DNA from: Ginkgo biloba
Lineage: Eukaryota; Plantae; Ginkgophyta
Direction: 5' to 3'
DNA length: 21,050 bases
Assembly: GCA_024626585.2 (NCBI GenBank)
Contig: JANKJI020000002.1
Location: 34,480,535-34,501,584 of the forward strand
In this document: positions 1 through 9,170 of the stretch, one piece after another
How the letters are laid out: the number at the start of each line of letters is the position of its first letter
Position numbering within the stretch: the first letter of the stretch is position 1
Made by a program: the position numbers and the translations under genes
Notes under the pieces: model-generated
The model's input: the letters and a program-made list of their open reading frames with translations, nothing else
Databases searched by the model: none
What the model was told of the DNA's origin: nothing

Positions 1-267
1 TCAAAGGGACCCTTTAGTCTTAGTTATTAGAATAAGAAATGGATTCTTATGATTTTCCTGTATTTATATTTTAGAATTTGCACTCAGTCATGCATATGGA
101 TTTGGACTATTATTAGGTATTAGACACTATTATATTATAGTGTCCCAAACAAGAAACTACAAAATAATAATAGAGAAATAACAATTCAGAGATAAAGAAT
201 GTGTATNNNNNNNNNNNNNNNNNNNNNNNNNNNNNNNNNNNNNNNNNNNNNNNNNNNNNNNNNNNNN

Positions 268-710
268 AGTAAAATAACCATGATAATTCAGTTGCATGAA
301 GATAACTGATTTTTAAAATAGTCAAAATTATAAAATACTGGAGAATCAAAGGTATGGGAACCTACCACCATAAATAGTTACATATTTGGGACCACCTACA
401 ACCCAAAAGAATAAAATCTTCTAAAAGAAGAAGAAAAGATGAAATGTGATGAATGAATGGTGAAAAGGGAGTGGAATAAGGCCCTTTTATACTTAAAAAT
501 AAGGCACTTTGGTTCAAGAGTTATATCACTTCATTTAAGAGGTGTCTTTTGGTCCTTAAAGAGCCATTTAGCTAACTAAACTTGGGCGCTTGGTTATAAG
601 CCCTTATTTACTGCTATTTTAGGCTAATTTTAGGCCTTTTAAGCCCCTATCTTTAGGATTTCACCTCCTAAACCTTTGTTTAGGTGTAGGTTGTGTGTAG
701 GAACACAACA
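268..710 (-). mobile_element. Probable LTR fragment of an LTR retrotransposon
   Basis: The minus strand starts TGTTGTGTTCC at 710 (LTR-type TG start). The TATA-containing block GCCCTTTTATACTTAAAAATAA (481-502) is nearly identical to GCCCTCTTATATACTTAAAAATAA in the LTR at 9381-9404. The other end is lost near the gap at 207-267. Confidence 0.35.
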
Positions 711-786
711 GATTGACATCTAGTCATTTTGCATAAATAGAAGCCCAACAAAGATGGTAGGCAAGAAGAAGGGAGAAGTCTGAGGT

Positions 787-1440
787 GCATCCTTGATGTG
801 CTTTAGTAAAGATAAAATTTTGAAGTTGATAAAAGCACACCAATTGCATTTTGTTCCCCATTTTACTTGCTAGAGCATGGTCTTGAGCTAGGTCAGAATG
901 TGGGAACTTTTCTAATTCCTAGAAGTCGAGCTGCAATGAACTGCGTCCAATGTAATTGCTCGTCCTTTAGGCATTCCATGCGAATAACAACATTATAAGT
1001 GTTTGTGGCATTGCTTGTCTATTTGCTTTTGTAGCCAAAGGAATTTTGTGCCCTTAGATGGGAAAATCAGAAGCTTGTATATTGCGTGGTCTATGCTTTG
1101 CACATCTTCAGGGAATTTTGCAACCATGTTAATGACGAAAGCTAGAGCAGTTGACTTGTAGAAGACCATCATAATTTGAAGGTATGTGGCAAGACCAACA
1201 ACTTTTAGTGCTATGCATAATGGATATCCTTAGGGAACCTACAACATTTAACACTCAATTGCAGTATATTCCTTGATCTCGATTGTGAATGTTGGAAGGT
1301 TAGCCATGCTTGGTGATTGTTTGGATAGTGTAGATGGACCCCGATGAGGGGTATAACCATTGTAGATAGGTGGAAAGCATGCACAAGAAGATCAAACTTA
1401 ACTCATGATTGCTTGAAACACTGCTACTAGACATGGGCAC
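787..1440 (+). pseudogene. Possible highly decayed PLS-class pentatricopeptide repeat (PPR) gene fragment
   Basis: Manual translation across frameshifts and stops gives ASLMCFSKDKILKLIKAHQLHF../LLEHGLELGQNVGTFLI (787-917), ARAVDL*KTIII*RYVARPTTFSAMHNGY (from 1141) and CR*VESMHKKIKLNS*LLETLLLDMG (to 1438). These resemble PLS-PPR consensus pieces (GKQLHAHIVKHGLESDVFVGNSLI; EALELFRQM..PDxVTF; VETALLDMY). Judged by eye only. Confidence 0.35.
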
Positions 1441-1799
1441 TAGAGGTGAGGAGTAGTTGCTACAGAAACTTGTGGAGTTGAGCAAGAGCTGTGTGAAGAT
1501 GCTTTTTGTGAATTTAGCCATTTATGTTTTGAAATGATGCCCTCATCATTCCTTGAGGTGTCGTAAGTTTCTATGATGACCACCTCCATTATGACGCCAC
1601 TCGAGGTAATAATGAGTCAAAGTGCTTTAAAAATCGACTATATTTGCCGCACAAGTAAATATCATAATTAAGTTGGTGGGAATATGCCCCCTATGCATTT
1701 GAGTTGTTGTATCCTCATTGGACACCAAAGTGTTCGATATTGAGCCCAATGCTAGTTGCTAATTAATAAGACAATCGTAAGTACTAACATCTCACATAA

Positions 1800-1941
1800 T
1801 GGTTGTCTGACTATAGTCTGGTTGTTAAAATGTATGCTAGTTGTGTGAATATAGTCCGGTTGTCAAAATACACACTGATTGTTAGAATATAATCTGGATG
1901 TTATGATATACATTGGTTGTTACAATATACACTGTTTGCTA
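1800..1941. repeat. 19-bp minisatellite, 7 full units plus a partial unit
   Basis: Units start at 1800, 1819, 1838, 1857, 1876, 1895, 1914 and 1933 (partial). Consensus is about TGGTTGTTAAAATATACAC, with no indels. Confidence 0.85.
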
Positions 1942-2869
1942 TTGACTTCAGTGTTGAATTACTGGATTGTGATTAATTATTACAGACCCATTGTCATGCA
2001 TCTTATTGAGAACATAAGGTNNNNNNNNNNNNNNNNNNNNNATGTTGCCTCTAGTTTTGTTGTGCCCATTTGTTTTGGGTTGGGCATTCACTTTCTCTTT
2101 ATTGCCTTTCCAATGCCACATTATACTACAGATTAATTCTCCCCACTTAATTAATCTTGAATTATCTATTTCTCAATTAGGGTAAGGAGAATCCACTACC
2201 ATTCTTTTAGTGATCAAACCATTTTGTTTTAGGATATTATCCTTTAGATACCAATCGCATATTGTTTTGCATAATCCTCCTCTTTCCATTAATCATATCT
2301 TTTAGATGTATTCTTTTCTTGCTAATTTTGATTGTTTATAGATTGCACCCTTTCCAGTAGATGGCTTCCAATCCACCCCTCTTTTGGCCATCTTCTCCTT
2401 TTTTATTGTTTCCACATGGTATTTGGGCCCCTTCATTTCTGTTTAACATGGTTTGAGTGAATTTTCCTTCCTTATGAGTGATTGTTTCTTGTTCATCACT
2501 TTCCTTTTGGCCTTATCCGTTTTGTAATTGAAGTTTATGTTCCTTGGTCGTTTGATTCAGTGTTTTGGTTTGTCTGCTTTCTTTTCTCTTCGGATTGCAT
2601 TATTTTATTGTAGCCCTGCATTTAACTTCTGAAACCAGGCATCAANNNNNNNNNNNNNNNNNNNNNNNNNNNNNNNNNNNNNNNNNNNNNNNNNNNNNNN
2701 NNNNNNNNNNNNNNNNNNNNNNNNNNNNNNNNNNNNNNNNNNNNNCTCCATTCTCATTTGTTGTCGATTTTTATACCAATATGCCTACTGCAATGTTTTT
2801 AGCAAGAGGCAGAGCTAGTGGGATGCTTGATTTAAGTGGTGGTAATTCTTTTTGTTTCTCGTGACATAG

Positions 2870-3119
2870 GTGGGGTCCAGATAAATTTCCTAAAGAGACA
2901 CCACTTGTATTTTACAGAGGAGGAAAGCCAATTTCTCCTCCGTTGGGAATAACAGATGGACTTCATGTAGTTCTACAAAGCATGGTCTCATATATTGAAA
3001 GAACAATTCCAAAAGAAGCGCTGAAGATTTGGAGGACGCAATCTCCAAGGCACTTTGATGGTGGTGAGTGGAATCAAAATGGCAGTTGCACATTTGACAG
3101 TCTTCTTGAAGAAAGTAAG
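2870..3119 (+). CDS. TBL12: Penultimate exon of a TBL12-like trichome birefringence-like O-acetyltransferase (PC-esterase/DUF231 domain); gene is 5'-partial
   Basis: Acceptor tttgtttctcgtgacatag|G at 2869 and donor AAG|gtatga at 3120. Translates (W)WGPDKFPKETPLVFYRGGKPISPPLGITDGLHVVLQSMVSYIERTIPKEALKIWRTQSPRHFDGGEWNQNGSCTFDSLLEESK, including the TBL R-x-x-SPxHFxGGxW motif. As I recall them, this is closer to TBL12-clade proteins (WWGYDKFPKE.PL.FY) than to TBL13. Confidence 0.92.
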
Positions 3120-3549
3120 GTATGAGAAGCCAATTTAATTTGTTCTCTCTAATCTTCATGGAACAGTAACACTTATTGATGGTTTGCATTGAAGATTGGG
3201 TTGCTTTATGAGCCCATGTAGCTGTAGTTCTTTAGCAAATTTTCACCTCTCTCAAATGCTACACCTGAAATATTAATTTGTAATAGGTAAATTATTACAG
3301 AAAGGGATAGTGCCCTTCACACAACATGGAATTTGGTTTTGTTGCTAGTATCAATATGCAAAACAGCGTTTGATGTCACCTGACAAATTGCAATCTTGGT
3401 TCTTTGTGGCTGTCATTCTCGAGTCCCATTGGTTTCTTTTGGTCATTCATGGACATGGATATTTTTCCCTTCTTTGTTTCTGTGTAGGAAATGAAAGCTT
3501 TGTTTTCCCTATGGTGTGTGCTAATTGTTTCCAGTCCCTTTACGGACAG
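3120..3549 (+). other. GT-AG intron (430 bp, phase 0) of the TBL12-like gene
   Basis: GTATGA at 3120, branch-like CTAAT at 3521-3525 and CAG ending at 3549. Joining the exons gives an in-frame ..EESK|LDDWFDP.. Confidence 0.85.
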
Positions 3550-3858
3550 TTGGATGACTGGTTTGACCCAGAAAATGGTGGAGTGAATCGGGAGGCTAGA
3601 GAAGTGAATGCAATTATCAAACGACCATTACAGGGGACGAGTATACATCTCCTGGATTTGACCCATCTAAGTGAGTTTCGAGCAGATGCTCATCCTGCCA
3701 TATGGCTTGGAAGAAAGGATGCAGTTTCAATATGGGGCCAAGATTGCATGCATTGGTGCCTTCCTGGTCTACCTGACACTTGGGTTGATGTTCTGTCAGC
3801 TGTAATCATGGGGCATTTGAATGCCAAAGCTCGATGCCTCTCAAGTGCAGACAAATGA
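3550..3858 (+). CDS. TBL12: Last exon of the TBL12-like gene, with catalytic DxxH motif
   Basis: LDDWFDPENGGVNREAREVN..LLDLTHLSEFRADAHPAIWLGRKDAVSIWGQDCMHWCLPGLPDTWVDVL..ADK*. DCMH is at 3742-3753 (TBL DCxHWCLPGxPDTW signature) and the stop TGA at 3856-3858. Confidence 0.95.
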   Translation: MDDWFDPENGGVNREAREVNAIIKRPLQGTSIHLLDLTHLSEFRADAHPAIWLGRKDAVSIWGQDCMHWCLPGLPDTWVDVLSAVIMGHLNAKARCLSSADK

Positions 3859-4356
3859 AAAGTTATGTAGCCTCTTATTAAGAACTTTCCTGAAGTGAAG
3901 GTCCATCTATCTTGCACAAGCACAGAGTTTTGCAATTCAAGTATTCCTTGAGAAAGGCATTTTGTCAGAAGATGTCTTTTCACTTGCATTTTGTGCATTC
4001 ACGTGGCACCTTAGGACCAAATTGTGATAATTTGTTAGTCCTATTTTCTTTCATGTGTACCCAGGAAACCACCTTTCATGAAGGTGTTTCCTTCTTCTAA
4101 TCAAACAAATGACCATATTCCTAGAGGTGATTGCATGCCTTTAATTCCTTGTGTGGATTTTAGTATTTAATGTGTAGACTTTTTAGGGCCACTTAGTGAT
4201 CCCCTAGACTTCACTGATGAATTTTGGATGTGGAGTCCATCTACGTACCATGACAANNNNNNNNNNNNNNNNNNNNNNNNNNNNNNNNNNNNNNNNNNNN
4301 NNNNNNNNNNNNNNNNNNNNNNNNNNNNNNNNNNNNNNNNNNNNNNNNNNNNNNNN

Positions 4357-6545
4357 GAAACCATGGGGACTTCATGTCAATCAAACCAATCCTTTTCTAA
4401 TCACTATCTCATAATAAAAAGCACTAACATGTGAAGGAGTAGTTGAAAACATGAAACTTACAATGGGCGAGTACACACTAAACTCAAGCTTCTTTACTTA
4501 TCCCCTTAGCAGAATCGACTTAGTTATTAGTATCCAATGGCTACTAACACTTGGAATGTATTGGGCAAACCATAATGAGAATTGTAGGAAGTTTAATCTT
4601 AATCGAATAAACTACACTATTAATAGCATACATGCTTTGCCAAATCAAATAATAGATTCAAAGAAGATGGATTATATCTTTAGAAAGGGCCATATCATAT
4701 TCATAACACTGCTATGTTCTATGCAGGCACAACCTCAATAAGATACTAATAATCAAACATAAGAAGAGAAAACACTAAAGGAAAGGGAAGGCCTCGAACT
4801 AGTCATCCAAAAGCATCATAAGGTTTTTTAAGACCTTCCCAAAAGTTTGCCACTAGATAGGGGTGTGGAGCATATCATCTAGTTAGAACGAAACAAGGCA
4901 CCAAAAATCATAAAATTGTATAGATACATCCATAACTACAAAATTGAGAATGAAATATTAATGTAGGAACTCCTTGATATAGGTACCATCATACATAGGA
5001 AACACACCTATGCAAATCATGTTGTTCTTGCGGGGAAGAAATATGGATCATTTAGACTTTGTGTTGATTATTAAGAACTTAACAAAATCAACATTAAAAA
5101 AAAATCCCATGCTTAGAATCAATGATATTTTAGATGAACTACAAGGTGTAAAGCACTTCTCTAAAATCGACTTATTATTAGATTCTTATGAAATCCTAAT
5201 ATAAACCCATTAACAACACTATTAGTTGAGAGTTATGCCATTTTGGACTATGCAATGCACTGGTGGCATTTCAAGCATTAATGGATTTGATATTTATTAA
5301 AATACTTTAAAAATGTGTTCTTATTTAATTCAATGATATACTAATCTATAATGTCAAATGGTATCAACATTTAGACCATCTCAATAAAGCCTTGAAAATT
5401 CTAAAAAATCATAGTATTTATGCAAAAGAGTATAAGTGTGCCTTTGGAAAACAACAAAACATTGTTGAAAAATATTGCTACAAAGATGTAGTTAAGGTGG
5501 ACCTAAGCAAGATACAAATAATCATTGATTGGATTGAACGTAAGACAGTATAAAAGTTAAGACGAGTCCTTAGATTAATAGGATTCTATAGAAACTTTGT
5601 GCAACACTACTTGAGCATTATCGTACCATTGGTAGATCCCATAAAGGAAGATAAAACTTTGTACACCACTACTTGAGATTAAGTAGAATGGATTACAAAC
5701 TAAAGCATTTTAAGAATTAAAAATGGCAATGACAACTACACTAGTTCTTACAATAACAAATTTCTCCAAACCATTCACTTTGAGTGTGATGCGTCAAGAA
5801 CTAGAAATGGTGTTGTATTAATGCAAGATAATAGACTGATAGCTTTTGAAAGTCATAAATTTGATGATAGAGAAAGACAATTATCTACATATAATTAAAA
5901 AATGCTCACCATTATGCATGCACTTAGAAAATGGTGTCAATACCTCCTTGGTAATAAATTCATGCAAAAATAGACCACAATAGTCTAAAATACCTCCTCT
6001 AACAAGATACACTAATTAAGAAATAGATTGACAAGATTCAAGCATTCGACTTACACATTATATTACAAAACGAAAAAGAAAAAGTTGTAACAAATGCCCT
6101 TTCTAGAATATATGAAGATACATCTTTGGTAACAATAACAATAGTTGAACCAATTTGGATAAGTAAGGTGTTACAAAAGTATTCAAAAGATCCCATAATG
6201 AGTAAACTAAGTGAGGACATTAGAAACAACAAACAAGATGAAAAGTGAAATGTGTGCAATAGCATAACCTTCTATAAAGACCAAATCCTAAAACTTGGAT
6301 CAAAACTCATTAATAAATTATTGTATGAATACCATACAACCCCATTGGAAAGACATCTTGGGTTACAAAAAATGTATGAAAATATAAAAACTACATTTTA
6401 TTGGTTGAAAATAAAAAAAGATATAACCAAATTTATTTGTGAAAGTAACACATGCCAATAATAATTATCAGAAAATGTTGCACTTCATGAATGATCTCAT
6501 TACTCGTACAAAATTAGAAGTGGGAGGAGATATCCATGGATGTGC
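4357..6545 (+). mobile_element. Degenerate Ty3/gypsy (chromovirus-type) pol: protease C-terminal half, RT, RNase H, integrase N-terminus
   Basis: PR: LTCEGVVENMKLTMGEY..DLVISIQWLLTLG. RT: GSFRLCVDY, RINDILDELQGVKHFSKIDL, decayed catalytic LI*FND at 5320-5337. RH: ECDAS..GVVLMQ from 5782. INT: zinc finger YHTTPLERHLG..FYW..TCQ, then KWEEISMD at ~6520-6541 where homology stops. Many stops and frameshifts. Confidence 0.9.
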
Positions 6546-6599
6546 ATTGACCAACTGATCTCATCATGGCCATGGAATTATCTTAATCATTTAAAGATA

Positions 6600-7241
6600 A
6601 AATTCAAGCTCAACAAACTAAGATATAAAATAATGTATCCTTATGAGTTAGGGAATTAAGGAACAAACCCTTCACTAAATAATAAATTCCTTTTCAACCA
6701 TATGCAATAAAGGATACCACATATAAAGTTAATGAGGATAAAATCACTTCTCTGAAGGAGATTAAAAATAACCAAAGTCTACAATTTAAGTTATCACAAT
6801 AAGAACAAGATGAACTCAAAATAAAAATAATATATTATTGGTGGAAAGAAAAATGGGGAGAAGGGAACACTAATCTAGTCAACTATACTCATTCATAGTA
6901 TAGGCCAAAGAATAAGATAGTAATGAAATTCCTGAATATGATACCAATCCCATAATAAAAGAATTCTCCTTTATAAAAGAAGATACTCCTCAAATGATAA
7001 TTTTAATAAGGATAGTACGTAAAATTCCTCAAATACTTCAGATACATCGAATGAATGAATATGAAATCATATTAATTAATCTAGGAAGCACTCATAATTT
7101 TATGGATAAGTCAATTATTAAGATATTGGATTTACAACTAGTCAAAATTCTAAAATTTTAGATAAAATTTAGAGGTATCCAAAATATTATGGCCTAACAT
7201 GTGGTAAGTACATTAAGATTAGAAATTAGAGAAATCATTTT
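6600..7241 (+). mobile_element. Degenerate Ty3/gypsy gag C-terminus and protease fragment (second element)
   Basis: Decayed zinc-knuckle region DELKIKIIYYWWKEKWGEGN (~6810-6870) and aspartic-protease site LINLGSTHNFMDK (decayed LIDSGSTHNF) at 7072-7110. Ends at a gap. Confidence 0.7.
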
Positions 7242-8021
7242 NNNNNNNNNNNNNNNNNNNNNNNNNNNNNNNNNNNNNNNNNNNNNNNNNNNNNNNNNNN
7301 NNNNNNNNNNNNNNNNNNNNNNNNNNNNNNNNNNNNNNNNNCCCTTCTTCATCTCTCTTTGTTCATTCTCACCCAATGCCATCCACTCACTTTTGGCATT
7401 TCTAATTTTTCCTTCTTACTACAACCTCCTTCCATTTCTTCTAGTACCTCTGGCTACTCCTTTTTATCCACTGTTCTACTCCATCTTTCACCTATTTCCA
7501 GTGTTCTACTAGCATGCTTTCCTCATCACCTCTTATCTCCTTTTTAGATACCTACAATAAAAATAAACCTTATTTTATCATCATAATGATATGGTGCCTC
7601 CATTATGGGTTTTGATCAATCGTTACCACGGCTGTTGCACACTGCGCCCACATATTAATTGACATCTTCTTACTGTTGCAAAGCTTTCGAGTTCTCACGA
7701 GCACCACCTTTTAAAAGATTGTCACTTTTGGACAGAGATGGTGTAGCGTCGTCTGTTATAACATTGCTGCTCATTCCACCATAGCGTCGCCACAGCTCTT
7801 ACGCTCAGATACACCAGTGGGCATCACAGAAGCAGTGGAGCGAGTTGTGTCTGTAGCTCAATATCTCTGCACACTTCTTCCATGTGCACTTAACAATTCA
7901 AACGACGATGCCGAATTCACTCGTCTTCATGCTCTTGGTCAATTTAATCCGTCTATTGATTCCTCCTACAACTATGGGGCATATACACATATAAACATTT
8001 AGAATCCTTACGTAACATATG

Positions 8022-8083
8022 ATGGAATTTTTAACGAGGCTCACATGGAATAATGGAATTTTTAGCGAGGCTCACATTGCATA
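8022..8083. repeat. 31-bp tandem duplication
   Basis: ATGGAATTTTTAACGAGGCTCACATGGAATA (8022-8052) and ATGGAATTTTTAGCGAGGCTCACATTGCATA (8053-8083), 28/31 identical. Confidence 0.9.
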
Positions 8084-8241
8084 ATCTATTCTAATTTATG
8101 TATATTGGAATAGTGATGAAATACAAAATAGATTTATAAAGCATTCCAGGTGAAATAGAGCAGAGACATTCTAGATGAAATAGAATAGAGACAATGTTTA
8201 ATATGTTGAATATATATGAGGAGATGCAAAAGCTATCACGG

Positions 8242-8415
8242 GAGATATGTACATATCTCTATGTACACAGAGTTACGCCGGTCGGGGCGTATCTCTATGT
8301 GTGCACAGAGATATGTTTGTATATCTCTGTTGTACACAGAGTTACGCTTGGGTGCATATCTGTGTACACATAGAGATATGCCTGGGAAGTATCTATTTGT
8401 GTACATAGTATCGGC
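8242..8415. repeat. Fold-back array of ~33-bp quasi-palindromic units
   Basis: Perfect 18-bp palindrome GAGATATGTACATATCTC at 8242-8259. Exact direct repeat TGTACACAGAGTTACGC at 8262-8278 and 8331-8347. CATATCTCTATGT (8252-8264) is the exact reverse complement of ACATAGAGATATG (8368-8380). Confidence 0.9.
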
Positions 8416-9170
8416 CAGGATGTCCACTATGATATTGTGTGAGGAAAACGATTCCAAGAGATTGAACTCATTGATCTGTCGTTAAACCAATCCACCTTGA
8501 AGGAATATAAAACTGAAAAATAAATTTAAGAAAATTCAACTTATTTGTCGAGGGTTTTTAGTGGTAAGGAAGCAAAAGAGGAGTGCAGGATTGAATCAAC
8601 CAATCACTGTTTATGTTAATAGGAAAGTGCATTGTACGACACCGATAGTATTTTAGCACCTCCATAGTACAACACTCTTGTGCACAACGTAGTACACGGG
8701 ACAAATACATAGGAGGAAAAGATGAGTTTTGCACAGAATAATGAGATACGCTATACACAAAACAACGAGGGAAGCGAGTGAGGAAGCTAAGCATGATACT
8801 ACTTTTTGAGAATGTAATGTGAGTATTTTTAAAAAAAATTAAATAGTAGAATTTTTTTTTAATTTAGAAAAATGAGTGAATTTCATTTGACACCCGACGT
8901 CACCTAATAATCAATTTGTGATGATTTTAATCAATTCGTTAAACTCATTGTTAGTCCACAATTTGACTATATATATATCCATTCAAATTTTTATATATAA
9001 TGGAATTCAAAATTTATTAAATATAATTTACGGATGGATGTACATTCTAATTTTTTTAGATATATAGTATNNNNNNNNNNNNNNNNNNNNNNNNNNNNNN
9101 NNNNNNNNNNNNNNNNNNNNNNNNNNNNNNNNNNNNNNNNNNNNNNNNNNNNNNNNNNNNNNNNNNNNNN

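Larger units (their letters stand above)
7620..8920. promoter_or_regulatory. CpG-retaining non-TE island, possible regulatory or ncRNA locus
   Basis: Hand count gives 16 CpG in 7621-7951 versus about 14 in the ~2.2 kb TE at 4357-6545. No TE protein motifs. TATA-like boxes at ~8133-8140 and ~8210-8217. Eight GTAC cores in 8249-8695. Confidence 0.4.

Noticed and set aside
3370-3549. N-terminal 60 codons of the 162-aa ORF as real protein
   Set aside because: This is intron read-through. TBL homology starts at LDDWFDP (3550), right after a CAG acceptor.
2890-3998. Minus-strand ORFs 2890-3189 and 3690-3998
   Set aside because: They are antisense shadows of the TBL12 exons with no recognisable motifs.
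7819-7840. Minus-strand CTCCACTGCTTCTGTGATGCC resembles miR408; CCACAGCT at ~7790 resembles miR396
   Set aside because: Only short partial matches. The local stem at 7790-7850 is too interrupted for a pre-miRNA.
7862-7882. Minus-strand TGGAAGAAGTGTGCAGAGATA resembles miR528 (14/21 identical)
   Set aside because: Too many mismatches, and no complementary star arm was found nearby.
8242-8415. CRISPR-like array of palindromic ~30-bp repeats
   Set aside because: Linkers are only 4-9 bp, the units are diverged, there are no cas genes, and the context is eukaryotic.
8216-8485. Overlapping ORFs on both strands (89 aa and 73 aa)
   Set aside because: They arise from the palindromic repeat array; the peptides are repetitive (ISMYTELR / ISLLYTELR) and match no domain I know.
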